64,000 nucleotides of DNA, from contig OX597824.1 in assembly GCA_951406725.2 (NCBI GenBank), positions 98,518,001 through 98,582,000 on the forward strand, in the 5' to 3' direction. Below, piece after piece: positions 43,003 through 56,139 of this stretch. Position 1 is the first letter of the stretch. Each line of letters starts with the position of its first letter. The notes beneath the pieces are model-generated. The model did no database searches, was not told where the DNA came from, and saw nothing but the letters and a program-made list of their open reading frames with translations. Both the position numbers and the translations under genes were made by a program. The stretch is from Octopus vulgaris. Taxonomy: Eukaryota.

Positions 43003-43954
43003 TGATGTTCGTCGGTTCCTTTGCTGGCGTCGCTGCGTCAAGGCAGCAAGATCCGCGGCAGATTGAAACTCTACAAATGAACAACAGCAAACATCTATGT
43101 AAAATGTTTTTTAAATGAATTCTTGAAATTTTAAATATTTTAAAAATACGTTTTAAAATCTTTTGTTTCTTGATATTTCAAAACGAATTATTATTTTCAA
43201 AATTATTTCAATAAACATAAGAAAATAGTTTATCATTTGACAATGATGAATTTTTAATGCCCAATTCCATTAATTTATCTAACTTTTCCTAATATAATTC
43301 TAAGTCCTAAATTTGGTGTTAATCAGTTATATTCATTATTTTAATTATTAATTATTTGTATTGATTATTTTCTTTTATTATTTAGTTTGGAAATATAGAC
43401 AGAAAAGAATTCTTGGCCTAACACTTAAAATATAAATTGTATTTGGAAAACGACAAGAGAGATATACAATTTAATGAGCTTAAATTGGTTTATCTTTGCT
43501 TTAAATCTAAGGATAATTTTATTCGCAAAGAGTCTTAACGTTTTTTATTAAATTTGAATGAAAACATATCTTTTGCACCTAATCTTGCACCAAATTCCTA
43601 TTTTTACACTTAAAAGTTGCATCTAAAAAGCCGGTGTTTTGCACCTAAAATCCGCTCTTCACATCTGCTTTATTAAATATTCATACTTTCAGTTTATTGG
43701 AAAACCGGAATATTTTCAGCTTATGCAACACTATCATCCCAAACACCTACACCATGGACACATTTATGTGGAACCAAACCAAAACTGCAACGGGACAGAA
43801 ACTGGTCAAAATTTCGAACCGGTGCAACGCTGACCCTCAACTTTTTTAGTCTGATAGAACCAATTAAGGATCCCTCTCGCAAATTTCACTAGTTTTTGCT
43901 TCATAAATGTTTTTTCAACTCCAAATCGATTTTTATTAGTAAATACCCGTCGAA

Positions 43955-44178
43955 GACAGCGAGCTGGCAGAATAGTTAGCACGCTGGACAAACTTAACCT
44001 TCGTCAGTCTTTACGTTACGAGTTCAAATTCCGCTTAGGTCGACTTTGCCTTCCATCTTTTCGGGGTTCATAAAATAAGTACCAATCAGGTACTGGGATT
44101 GATGTAATCGACTTACCCACATTCCCCACCCCAACCCACTTCCAAAATTGCAGGCCTCGTGCCAATGGTAGAAAAGAT
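43955..44178 (+). mobile_element. SINE family B
   Basis: GCGAGCTGGCAGAATAGTTAGCACG head and the same core. Confidence 0.85.
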
Positions 44179-44452
44179 TATACCGTGTAACATAATTTTT
44201 GTCCTTGGGTAGCAACTAGAATGTATGAAAATGGCTAATATTTTCTTCAAACTTTGCTTTTGTTGCGCTTATTCAAACTGCAAAGAATCCTTCTCAACAC
44301 ATGACTATGATGCTCCAACTCCTGTTCATCATCAGAGACGCGCGTATTGTCAACCAGTAAGGGACGTGTTCAAGTGGTTAAGGTCAAACAACTGACAAGT
44401 CTGTGGTATTGAGCAGAATATTTGCTATAACGATATTTCTGCTTCAGTCACT

Positions 44453-44867
44453 GCGGCGTGCTGGCAGAATCGTTAGCACGACGGACGAAATGCGTAGCCG
44501 TATTTCGTCTGCCGTTACGTACTGAGTTCAAATTCCGCCGAGGTCGACTTTGCCTTTCATCCTTTCGGGTTCGATTAAATAAATACCAGTTACACACTGG
44601 GGTCGATGTAATCGACTTAATCCGTTTGTCTGTCCTTGTTTGTCCCATCTGTGTTTGGCCCCTTGTGGGTAGTAAAGAAATAGGTATTTCGTCTACCGAT
44701 ACGTTCTGAGTTCAAATTCCGCCGAGGTCGACTTTGCCTTTCATCCTTTCGGGGTCGATTAAATAAGTACCAGTTACGCACTGGAGTCGATGTAATTGAC
44801 TTAATCCCTTTGTCTGTCCTTGTTTATCCCCTCTATGTTTAACCCCCTGTGGGCAATAAAGAAATAT
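44453..44867 (+). mobile_element. SINE family B tandem (full unit plus 5'-truncated unit) with 20-bp target-site duplication
   Basis: Unit repeated at 44453-44682 and 44683-44867. ATATTTCTGCTTCAGT(C/A)ACT flanks it at 44433-44452 and 44868-44887. Confidence 0.9.
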
Positions 44868-45624
44868 ATATTTCTGCTTCAGTAACTCAGCAGTGAATAT
44901 GTCTGAAATGTAATGGAAAATAGGTCAATTTCAAAACATTGCTGTTCATGACACAAAAGTAAAGTGTGAAGGGAATAGTAGTCATTTCCTTTCATTTCTA
45001 GATAGAAACAAATACGAAATAACACCTACTGACCAAAAACAAAAAGCAAATTATTACAGTGTTATTAGAAACCACTGAGATTTTTTAAGCTTAACTCTAC
45101 TAATTGTCTTCTAAAATAACAGATACATTGTTTTAAAGACAAATTAAAACCTGCCCTCATTCAAATCTGACAGCTTTTTGTCCCATATGGTTTGTCATTT
45201 TTGTAAAGTAGCTGCCAATGTTAAATTCTTTTTATTCTTTTTATTGAGCTCTTCCAATTAAGTTGAAGTATGTTTTGCGTTGGTAAGTAATCCAAACAAG
45301 CTATTTTTATAACCACGACCAGAATTCGCAACACACTTCCATATAAAATATACTTTTGAAAATTTGATGAGAAACAACTGATAAAATATAATTAATTTCT
45401 AATTAATTCTAACATATTCTTTCTAAATTTCTAAATCAATTTTTAAGTTGAATTTATTTTTATTCTCATTTTTATACAATAATATAAACGCACTATTTAT
45501 AATGCTCCACTCTTAAGTAAATCAACTGGCCTACAATAAAATATTATAAGATACCCACGTTTCAAACAGAATTGAAGAAATATATATAAACACAATACCC
45601 GCAGAATCTGACTCCATAAAACAC

Positions 45625-45722
45625 TGGCTGTGTGGTAAGAAGCTTGCTTCCCAACCACGTGATTCCACTGCATGACACCTTGGGCAAGTGTCTTCTACAT
45701 GGAAACTGAAAGAAACCCGTCA
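45625..45722 (+). mobile_element. SINE family A, internally deleted
   Basis: TGGCTGTGTGGTAAGAAGCTTGCTTCCCAACCAC...CACCTTGGGCAAGTGTCTTCTAC. Confidence 0.8.
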
Positions 45723-45884
45723 TATATATATTTAATTTTATTTGTTAGGGAATAAAAAATCCGGCATCACAGGGGTTCAAATTATTCTCAATGAGGAAAT
45801 ATATATTTTCATTTAGAGATAGTAGGCCCCTTCATCTCACCATATGAAAGAAATTTAATTTAAATACTTACTACTTTATAACTT

Positions 45885-45979
45885 GGCTACACGTGTTTCA
45901 TGGGGTACATTTCCCGGTTCCTTAACCACGCCGTGTTTTGCTGGAACCTTTCTTAAAATATAACCCCAATCATCAGGCC
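45885..45979 (-). ncRNA. Type I hammerhead ribozyme, extended stem II
   Basis: GGC-CUGAUGA-U-UGGGGU...GGUUCC...GGAACC...ACCCCA-U-GAAA-CACGUG-UA-GCC. Confidence 0.8.
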
Positions 45980-46807
45980 TCTATCTCACTTTCTCATAGT
46001 TTGATACTATAAACTATATTTTAATTTTTTAAACAAATAAGTATGTGTAAAATAGGTTCGCCGGACCCTACTGTACAAGCCATAATTTAATTCAAATAAA
46101 AAATTACAAAAATAAAAATAAAAAATAAAAAATAAAAAATAAAAACTTATAAAAATAAAATAACGAATAAAAAATAAAGATGAAAATAAAAAATACGAAT
46201 AAAAATTAAAATTTACTAAAAATATTTTCTATGAATATAAAATTAATAATATATAGGGTTAAAAATAAAAATATATACTTGTGATATAAAATGATGTAAA
46301 ATGAAAGAAATGGCAAAAAATATATATTCGAATAAAAATGGAAGCAATGACGAATAAATATTTTCGAATAAAAACTATGGTAGGAATGACGAAATGCAAA
46401 TTTTACAAAAGATAAGAATGATAACAATTTAGAATTTACAAACATATTTTTTTTTTTGCCATTCCTTTCATTTTATATCCTTTTATAGCATCACAAATAC
46501 ATATTTTTTATTTTTTAACCCTATATATTATTAATTTTATATTCATAGACATAAGTTACGTAAGAACATAGTTTTTGTAAATTTTTATTTTTTATTCGTA
46601 TTTTTTATTTTCATCTTTATTTTTTATTTTTATTTTATTTTTATATAAGTTTTTAGATTTTATTTATTTTTTTATTTATATTTTTGTAATTTTTATTTGA
46701 ATTAAATTATGGCTTGTACAGTAGGGTCCGGCGAACCTATTTATACTTATTTGTTTAAAAAATTAAAATATAGTTTATAGTATCAAAATATGAGAAAGTG
46801 AGATAGG

Positions 46808-46902
46808 GGCCTGATGATTGGGGCTATATTTTATGAATGGTTCCAGCAAAACACGGCATGGTTAAGGAACCGGGAAATGTACCTCATGAAACACGTGTAG
46901 CC
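46808..46902 (+). ncRNA. Type I hammerhead ribozyme, extended stem II
   Basis: GGC-CUGAUGA-UUGGG...CCUCAU-GAAA-CACGUG-UA-GCC. Predicted GUA cleavage after 46899. Confidence 0.75.
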
Positions 46903-46977
46903 AAGTTATAAAGTAGTAAGTATTTAATTTAAAATTCTTTCATATGGTGAGATGAAGGGGCCTACTATCTCTAAATG

Positions 46978-47026
<49 letters not shown>

Positions 47027-47203
47027 TTGACCGCTAAATCTACGGGTCTCTTTCATTCTCTCTCTGTTTATTTTCTTATTCTTTTCTGTTGAAGAGCGTA
47101 GTCTCGAAACATAAAATACTTTTTCATTTTCCCGAGCGTCAAACTAATACACCTGCTTGTTGTTCATACACCTGTCTTCGTCTTTCGTTTTTCTATAAAT
47201 TTC

Positions 47204-47207
<4 letters not shown>
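47027..47207 (+). mobile_element. Short HHR-bearing element (A6U family); motif at 47082-47117
   Basis: UUU-CUGUUGA-A-GAGCGUAGUCUC-GAAA-CA-UA-AAA. Homologous to 14568, 12731 and 61915. Confidence 0.8.
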
Positions 47208-47270
<63 letters not shown>

Positions 47271-47284
47271 TGAGTGTGTATATT

Positions 47285-47449
47285 TGTGCATCTGTTTGTC
47301 CCCACCATCATTTGACAACCGATGTTGGTGTGCTTACGTCTCCATAATCTAGCGGTTCGGCAAAAGAGACTGATCGAATAAGTACTAGGCTTACAAAGAA
47401 TAAGTCCTGGGATCGATTTGTTCGACTAAAGGCATGACAAGTAAAAGAA
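47285..47449 (+). mobile_element. SINE family A 3' half
   Basis: TTGACAACCGATGTTGGTGTG...AATAAGTACTAGGCTTACAAAGAATAAGTCCTGGG. Confidence 0.85.
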
Positions 47450-47927
47450 TATTAATCACGTTGTTTATAGGACAATGAACCCCTAGAGGGAAACATGCAG
47501 ACTAACAACCTCTCCACCTGCCCAAATCGTTCGTTTGAACGTCAAAGCACAAAATAAACAAATTTCCATGCTAACAGCATCGTGACAGGCCTGACTAACA
47601 ACCCCCACCTTCCAAATAAAAACAGGAAATGCACTAAATAAGAAGAAAAGCAACCGACAAGCTTAAATACACAGCCAACTCATATTCTTTTGCGAAGCCC
47701 TAAACTTTTTCTATCACGAAAACGTTGACACACGCAATTACTGAAGTACTGGACCAAGCTTTGAACCGTTGACCATTACATTGTCAAAACAATAAAATCA
47801 ATAATAGCAAAAACCATTCTCGCAGGTAAAAGTTAAGAGATGAAACATGCATACATGCTCTCTCTCTCACACACACACACACACATACACACGCATGCAC
47901 ACATACACACATGCATACTTACATACA

Positions 47928-48190
47928 TTCCTGTTCACACCAACAATAATTGGAACGCTATGTTTTATTAGTAAATGCTTAAAAGAGAATCTGGATAAAC
48001 TGGGATTTTCAGAAAGAGAAATTGACCGGCAGATTCATGCATTACAAGTGCAATCTGTGAGTGGAACGGTAAAAATATGCAAGACTTTTCTCAAGTTCCA
48101 AATGTGAATTTGTCTGTGTTAGCTACATCCCAAAGATGGAACCTTGTATCTTTATTGGAAACCGGTTCCCTTCTTAGTGGAAGATTTATA
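47928..48190 (+). mobile_element. 3' end of an RLE-type (R4-like) non-LTR retrotransposon
   Basis: FTPTIIGTLCFISKCLKENLDKLGFS..LQVQSVSGTVKICKTFLKF* shows the PxxIGxLG ... LQ..GT..I end motif, followed by a short UTR. Confidence 0.65.
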
Positions 48191-48696
48191 ATAATCAAAA
48201 AATAGAAGACATACATATAACCTGTCTGGATTAAAGTATGGCAGAACTTAAGCTGTTGGAAAGATAATAGACTCTGTAAATGGACTGTATAAATGAAAGG
48301 AAAGGTGAACAAAATCTGCCAGACCCTCTTAAATTTCAAAGGATGATTAACAAAACAGGATGCTTTCCTTCACTACTTCGCTAACATGCAGTTGGTCGGT
48401 CAAAATTTATTCTAAATTAAAAAGAGAAAGAGATCATACATTTATACAATCTCAATAGATATCTTCATTAAACACAATCTCGTATTTCTGTCACTCGCAG
48501 CAGGAATATAACAAAGTGGAACTCTATAAGAAAATTACTGCTTCAATAGGAATCTAGAGACTTATAGAAATTTATAGCGGAAATAACGAGAAGTGTGTTA
48601 GGATCTTTTTTAACGAAGTGAAAAGGCTCTAATAACCCAAATTATGTGTTAAACACAGGATGCAGTTATTACAGTTATTATATGATACGATACTAT

Positions 48697-48776
<80 letters not shown>

Positions 48777-48906
48777 TATATAAGTATATATAATATATAT
48801 ATACACATATCTACGTACATATATATATTTACAAACATATATACGTATATGCATGCATACATATATACACAGATTCATATATATATATATATATATACAT
48901 GTACAT

Positions 48907-48983
<77 letters not shown>

Positions 48984-49035
48984 CATATACATATGCATTT
49001 CATATAGAAAGAGAGCATTAGACAGACAGACAGAC

Positions 49036-49133
<98 letters not shown>

Positions 49134-49477
49134 AATAAGAGAAGAATAAGTGAAGATATAGCAGAAAGTGAACGAAGTCAATGGCGGGTGATGTGGTTTA
49201 ATTATGAGTAATGGCTGCCACCAGAGGAGAGACTCTGTAACCTTTAAATGTTCAATAATTTGATGAGATGCCAATCAGTTGGCATCTTTTAACTGTAAAT
49301 GCGAACGAATAGAAAAGGAAAAATGAACGAGAATTCTTTCTTTTTTATATAATTATTAGTTTTCTACCCCCACCCACCTTATCCATCTCTATTCATGCAT
49401 TTGTCTCTTTATCCCTTTTTCTCTTTCTTTCTTTCTCTCTCTCTCTATCTATCTATCTACCTATATATAGACAGACA

Positions 49478-49528
<51 letters not shown>

Positions 49529-50159
49529 GCAGACAGACAGAGACACACACACAGATAAGTTCTGGGTTTTTTTTTTGACAAACATACAATTTTAGCTTCA
49601 GTGTGAGAAATGAATGAAGTTCGATAGGCGGCCAGTGGAACTAGAGTCTTAGGACTTTAAAAGTACTAAAACTGCGTTGGTTCTTATTGCCGTAGCTGAC
49701 GATGTTCAATGCTTCTGGTTCGCTAATTGTATAACTCGCTTTGATTTTTACTAAATACATACATAGAAACATACACACACGCACATACCTACATATAGAT
49801 ATGTATACACATATGTATTTTAAATTTGTCTACGGAAATGTTTTGAATATGCAAGTAACGCGCCTACTCCTTTATACCGGTCACAGTCTAATGATGCTGA
49901 CTGGTGAACCAGTTCTTTTGGGTTATATCGAGCTCGACTGATGTAACGCAGGATAAATAATATAGTAATAATAACAATAACCCTTGGATGGAAATTATAA
50001 GCATTTTACGCATCACTACGCGCGTTTCCACAAATCACGTGTCTCTTAAGATCACAGTCCCTAATCCTGGGATGATTACAGCGTAGTCCGTATTATTGTT
50101 ATTATTACTACACACACACACATATATATATATATCTGCATATATACATACATATATGT

Positions 50160-50400
50160 ACATACTTACATCTATGCATATGTGGGCACAGGACATCACA
50201 AAACGTGTACAACAAAAAATATGAAGTACGAGTACATGGAATATGAACTATTTTTTCAAACCACGAAAAACACAAATGGAAAACAAGACAAACAACATGT
50301 AGAACGACCTTTCATCAGTTGTTGGCTGTTTTTTTCTAGTCTAGTATTTCGAGCATTTCACAACAAGATACGCTTTCAATAAAACAGTTGCTCCCGCCGA
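50160..50400 (-). repeat. Interspersed repeat related to 51640-51860
   Basis: Shared AAACAG..ACAACTGATGAA.GG...ATGTTGTTTGTCT..TTTT...ATGTCCTGT.CCC motifs. Confidence 0.6.
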
Positions 50401-50916
50401 GCAAATTAAATAAAATTTGGGATTTTGCAGAGGGTCAAAATTGGTAGCACAAACAAGACAGTGAAAACAAACAGGAAGGGCTGCTAAGCCTAAACGAAGT
50501 TGTAGTGACGAACGCGTAAATCGAGCATTGGCAGGAGACAGACAAAAACACGTCTTCCTCGATCCTGTTTCAAAAGAGAGAAAGAAGGAAACATAAGTTA
50601 GGCGAAGAAAGAAAGATGGCTGATGGTCACGTGGGAGGAATGTGGGAAAGGGAGAAAGTGTGAGGGAGAGAGAGTGACAGACAGTGAACTTTGAAGGGGA
50701 GGGGAAAAACTGGAGATAGGATGAGAAAAAAAACAGGAGGGGAGAAGGGGAGGTAGAAGAATAAGTGAAAAGAAGAGAGAAAAAACGAAAGTGTGAAAAG
50801 GTAGAATAGAGTGTGCATCGTGGCGTTCAATCATATAATAATATAATATATATACGTATAGATGTAAGTATGTACATATACGTATGTATATATGCATGTA
50901 TACATACATACATACA

Positions 50917-50997
<81 letters not shown>

Positions 50998-51000
<3 letters not shown>

Positions 51001-51195
51001 ACAGTTATTGGTTGCCATGATAAAACTCTGGGTTTCGGATGTCGAGGCGGAATCCTACACTGGTATCTCTTCAGTTATCGAGGCAATTAAAATATGCATA
51101 TATTAATTGCCTCGAAAATGAAGAGATGCCGGTGCAGGTTTCAGCTCCGACATCCGAAACTCGGAGTTTTATCATGGCAACAGAATAAGTGTCAC
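50998..51195. mobile_element. About 200-bp palindromic double-hammerhead element in a (TA)n tract
   Basis: GTGACA..TTGCCATGATAAAACTC / GAGTTTTATCATGGCAAC..TGTCAC arms, centred on ATATGCATAT. Confidence 0.85.
51019..51079 (-). ncRNA. Type I hammerhead ribozyme
   Basis: GAUAA-CUGAAGA-GAU...AUC-C-GAAA-CCCAGAG-UU-UUAUC with a 5-bp stem I. The mirror copy at 51114-51173 (+) lacks C3 but has a better stem III (ACUC/GAGU). Confidence 0.7.
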
Positions 51196-51208
51196 ATATT
51201 ATATTACA

Positions 51209-51256
<48 letters not shown>

Positions 51257-51262
51257 TATATA

Positions 51263-51603
51263 TGACCCCGCCTCCGGTCATGAATGACCATGGGATTGCA
51301 CCTAGAAAGTTACCCTCCCAGGCACAAGTCCGGGTAAGGTTGTTTTATGGAAGACCAGCAGTCGCCCATTCATACTGGCTTCACCTCTCCACACCACTAA
51401 TGTTATCCAAGGGAAAGGCAAAGGGGCCGATACAGCTTGGCACAAGTGACGCCGCAACTCATTTCTACAGCCGCGTGAACTGGAGCAACGTGAAATAAAG
51501 TCTCTTGTTCAAGAACGCAACACGCAGCCCGGTCCGGGATTCGAACACACAATCTCACGATCGTTAACCGGACGCTCTAAAAATTGAGCCATGCACCTTC
51601 ACT
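51263..51603 (-). mobile_element. tRNA-derived SINE (family D)
   Basis: A box TGGCTCAATTTTTAGAGCG, B box GTTCGAATCCC, then GTTCTTGAACAAGAGACTTTATTTCACGTTGCTCCAG. Confidence 0.8.
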
Positions 51604-51637
<34 letters not shown>

Positions 51638-51998
51638 TGAATGCGCATGGCTTGAAACGCGGAGTAGATGAAACAGGGACAACTGATGAAGGGGAATATT
51701 CTTTATGTTGTTTGTCTCGTTTCTCTGTTTTTTTCGTTTTTCCCCAAAAAGTTCGTTTCTATGTTTTTGTATTTATGTTTTCGTTTCTCATTGTGTTCAA
51801 CGTTTTTTTATATCCTGTACCCCTATAAGCATGTATATATACACATACATGTAGGTATGTACATATATGTATGTATATAGGCATATATTTATATATATTT
51901 ATATTATTATTATATGTATATATATATAATATATACATATATATATATATATGTGTGTATATATATATGTATATATATATATATATATACATATTTAT

Positions 51999-52074
<76 letters not shown>

Positions 52075-52319
52075 ATATACATATATACATATACATATAC
52101 ATATATATTACATACATACAAGGGTTAAGGAATGGCGTAGATAAGATCCGGGCTACATATATATCTCATAGCGAGCGGAATCACAGAATTGGTAAACATG
52201 CAAGCCAGGTGTATACCGCAGGTTACTCTTCAGGTAAAGGATATCTTGATTAGATTAACGGTTACATTGTTGCAAGGAGGTACACGTTTCCACATGGAAG
52301 ATTTAATTATATATATATA

Positions 52320-52428
<109 letters not shown>

Positions 52429-52479
52429 ATCATATCATATCACATCATATATATATATATCATACCAGGTTGACTCAGA

Positions 52480-52890
52480 TCTTGATTACTTAGTATCTCG
52501 AGCGCAGAAAGACGTGTCGTTAAACAATTGGCCATTAATAATACACGAAGACCACACTAGTCCATAGCTGGACACGCCCAACGGGAAGATATATTAAACC
52601 ATTGTGATATTTCCCCTTCCGTTTATAATCACCGGGACCCACTATTTAACTCGACTATAAGTCGCCTCACCACGTGGTATGTCAAAATATCCGTTCCAAT
52701 ATATTCTGTCTGCTCATACAACAGAAGTAACTGATGTCGCTGCTTAACCAAAGTGTTCCCTTGGTATGAACTGGAAAATAGAGGCTCAAATATCCTGGCT
52801 TTAGAACACACTTTAAAATTACGTTTAAATTCTTGCCGCGACGCCGGTGAAGAGAATGTTAGGATATGAGCGCCTCGTTTGCACACGATA
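52480..52890 (-). pseudogene. Possible highly degenerate Penelope-type linker/GIY-YIG fragment
   Basis: FKRNFKVCSKARIFEPLFSSSY...EQTEYIGT resembles the region preceding YIG in Penelope elements. Confidence 0.3.
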
Positions 52891-53631
52891 CTTTAAGTAA
52901 CGGAGACCAGAATTAGTTATTAAATACTTCCAATTCCAAATGAATATATATCGAATACAGATTTTTCTTTTCTTCACCTGTGTGTGTTGGGGGAGAAGAG
53001 AGAGAGAGAGAGAGAGAGAGGCCTACCTACAGACTGACTAGTAGACAAATAGGCACATACCGATGATTACAATACAAGCATTGGTAAGCCAGAGAGAAGA
53101 ACGTAAAACCCACCCAACCGCGACCATCACCACATCACATCTTCACTAAACTGTAGCGGTCTTCACTGATATAGTCAGCGGTTTTGCATTATATATGGAT
53201 GCTAGTAAACAACGTTTACAATAACAAGAATAATTATACAACAACAATAGCTAAAACAACAGCCTCAACAATATCTGCAACCATAACAACAGCAGCCGCC
53301 ATAACAACAACAACAGCAACAACAGCAACAATCACAGTCAGCTTGTGCTTCACTGGAAATTACATACGAACTTGTCAAGTTCACCTCAACATTCGTTCTT
53401 AACGTTCATTATTAAATTATCAATACAGAAATTTCTCTCCACCCCCCCTCTCTCTCTCTTTCTCTCTTTCTCTCCTTCTTTCACTCTTTTTGTCAGATTA
53501 TAATTGTCTCACCCCATACTTATCTGCCTACCTTTCTATCCATTTGTCTAGCTATCGTTTTATTATCTATGTAGCTAGGCTTCTAGCTATTTTTATAGCA
53601 ATCCAGCTCTCTTTATCTATCTATCTCTCCG

Positions 53632-53686
<55 letters not shown>

Positions 53687-54188
53687 CTCCGTCTATCTAT
53701 CTATTTAAATGTCAGTCTATCTAACTCCGTGTGCATTTATGCATGTATGTGTGCGTATATATGTCCAGCGACTGTGAAGGTGTACAGATAATGGTAGTAT
53801 GTCATCCAAAAGATGAGAAAGGCGGTGTTTAACAAATTTTCTTTTTATTTTATTAAAAGAGAGAATGCTATGCTTCCTTTCCATAATTTCATTTCCAACA
53901 CGTAATTAATTCTAATATTACCCGACTGTAACGCTTCTTACAAGAAATCTGTTTTACAGCCAGAAGTGACGCGCTTCGCATGGATTTGCTTAAGGTCTTC
54001 TTATATCTGGAGATTGTTAATAGACGTTTGTCTGAGTCTTTCTCTAAAAGCTGAAAGTGATGTTATACTTCGCTAATAAGTTTTCAGTAATAGATGTAAA
54101 GAGTTCGAATTTGTCGGTTGTAATTGACTCTGCCAAAAGAATAATATTAATCATCAGATAATTTTCGTTTGCATATCAATTTATGTTA

Positions 54189-54264
<76 letters not shown>

Positions 54265-54269
54265 CTGCG

Positions 54270-54460
54270 TGTGTACCGTTGGCATTTTTTTTTTTGCTCT
54301 GTCTTCCCTTCTCGGGATCTTTCCTTCTCATATGTTTCCGAAGAAGAGCTCCGCTCGATTCGTTAAACCCTCCTTCTTCCCTTCCTTCCTGAGCGTCCAA
54401 TAATACTATATTTGTTCCACATCCTCGCGTTGTTGTGTTTTCATGTTTGGATTAACTTTA
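54270..54460 (+). mobile_element. Short element related to the A6U family, with decayed hammerhead at 54334-54368
   Basis: GUUU-CCGAAGA-A-GAGC-UCC-GCUC-GAUU-CG-UU-AAAC. Downstream CCTGAGCGT...TAATAC is shared with 62045. Confidence 0.6.
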
Positions 54461-55010
54461 TATATATATATATATATACAGACATACAAGTATGTATGTA
54501 TTATTCGGTAAAAGAGGGATGCACCGTATACCGCACACCATCAGTTATTAACTGCTTGAAATGTCTCTGACTTGGAGACTGAATGCAGATAATTCTGGAA
54601 GGAAAGAGGAAATAATTTGCAGGAATTAAGTCTTATTTTACGTGTTTCGAGAACGGAGAGTCTGATCTTTGTTTTCAGCGAGTGACAACAGGTTTCTGTC
54701 TAATTTGCATCGTCAGTATAATTTGAATAATATCGACGACTGAATGGTGGGGAGGAACAAGCAAATTGCCAAGTTGAATAAATTAAGATGTTTTTAAATT
54801 GTTCAGACCTGTCCAGCACTGTGGCGAACAAAAATAGAAAGTTATATGGGAGTAGTAAATTGTTTCTTTGTTTTCTCATTAATAAATATTTTCCCATTAA
54901 TATGATTAGGCGGGATTTCCCTTAAACTTGGTGTAGAGAAGGCCTGATAACCAGTTCAGTGTATCAGCACTTGTAGTTTTACATATGGATAAAAGATTCA
55001 TGACATTTAT

Positions 55011-55251
55011 ATAATTACAATTAGGGTTCACCCAGCTAACTGCTTCACCACATACCGAAATTGGAAAAAGGAGTTAAAAATTCCTTTCCTGCTTCTATAA
55101 GAATCTCCATGACGGTAAACATACTTTTTTACGAAGGCAAAAAAGTATGTTTATCATGGAGATTGTTATAGTAGCAGGAAAGGAATTTTTAACTCCTTTT
55201 TCCAATTTCGGTATGTGGTGAAGCAATTAGCTGAACCCTAATTATAATTAT
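55011..55251. repeat. Near-perfect inverted repeat (about 115-bp arms, about 8-nt loop)
   Basis: GCTTCACCACATACCGAAATTGGAAAAAGGAGTTAAAAATTCCTTTCCTGCT and its exact reverse complement. Confidence 0.95.
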
Positions 55252-55758
55252 GTGGATAGTTTTACCTATAAAGGTTATTTTAACGTACCGATCTCCTTGG
55301 TATAATTGCAAATTAATTGATGATTGAATTAATTAATTTAATTAATAAATTTTACCCTTCTATTATTAATTTAAAATTATATATATATATATATATTATG
55401 GCTGTCCCCTCGTTATCGAGTATGGCCATTGTTTTTGGTGCTGTGATCGAATGTGACTTTTTAGCTAGGCTAAAGTTATAGTTACTCACACACATATACG
55501 CACACAATATATATATATATATGCATGTATGTATATATATATATATATATGAATAAATACACGTGTGCGTATGTGTGCGCGTGCGCACGCGCGCATGTAC
55601 ATATGTATATTAAAGGCGAAACTTCGATGTCACTGTTATCAAAGCGTAAATATAAGAATCTGCACCTGTATTGAGTCCTGTATTCTGTAAATGTTTGTAA
55701 TGTTTTTTTGTATTTAAAATGCTAATCATCATTTATGTAGTGGGGGAGGGGCGCGTTG

Positions 55759-55815
<57 letters not shown>

Positions 55816-56139
55816 ATCTACTTTATATCAAATATAATGACATTTATTAGCTTAAAATAGTCTTCTGTTTTTTTCGTTTTTTATAAATGCTGTCGTCTTT
55901 AATGTTGATGCTTTTGGCTTTTCATATTCTTCTTCTTCTATTTGTAGTTCTTAGTGAAACAACGGTTGTTGCTGTTGTGGCTATCGTTCTTTGGATCATT
56001 GACGTTATTTTAATAACATGAAAGACATGTTGTTGTTGTTGTTGTTGCTGCTGCTGCTGTTGTTGTTGTTGTTGTTGTTGTTTTTGTTGTTGTTGTTTTT
56101 GTTGTTGTTGTTGTTGTTGCTGCTGCTGCTGCTGCTCTG

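Larger units (their letters stand above)
45801..46986. mobile_element. 1.19-kb fold-back element with a hammerhead in each arm
   Basis: Arms at about 45801-46325 and 46443-46986 are close reverse complements. Right end abuts (TA)n. Confidence 0.9.

Noticed and set aside
51520-51603. tRNA-like sequences at SINE heads (also near 9130, 25135, 44453)
   Set aside because: A/B boxes are present but they continue into SINE bodies and do not form full cloverleaves.
51645-51705. GAAAC upstream of CUGAUGA as a type II hammerhead (also 50300-50355)
   Set aside because: Required stems do not pair in either copy.
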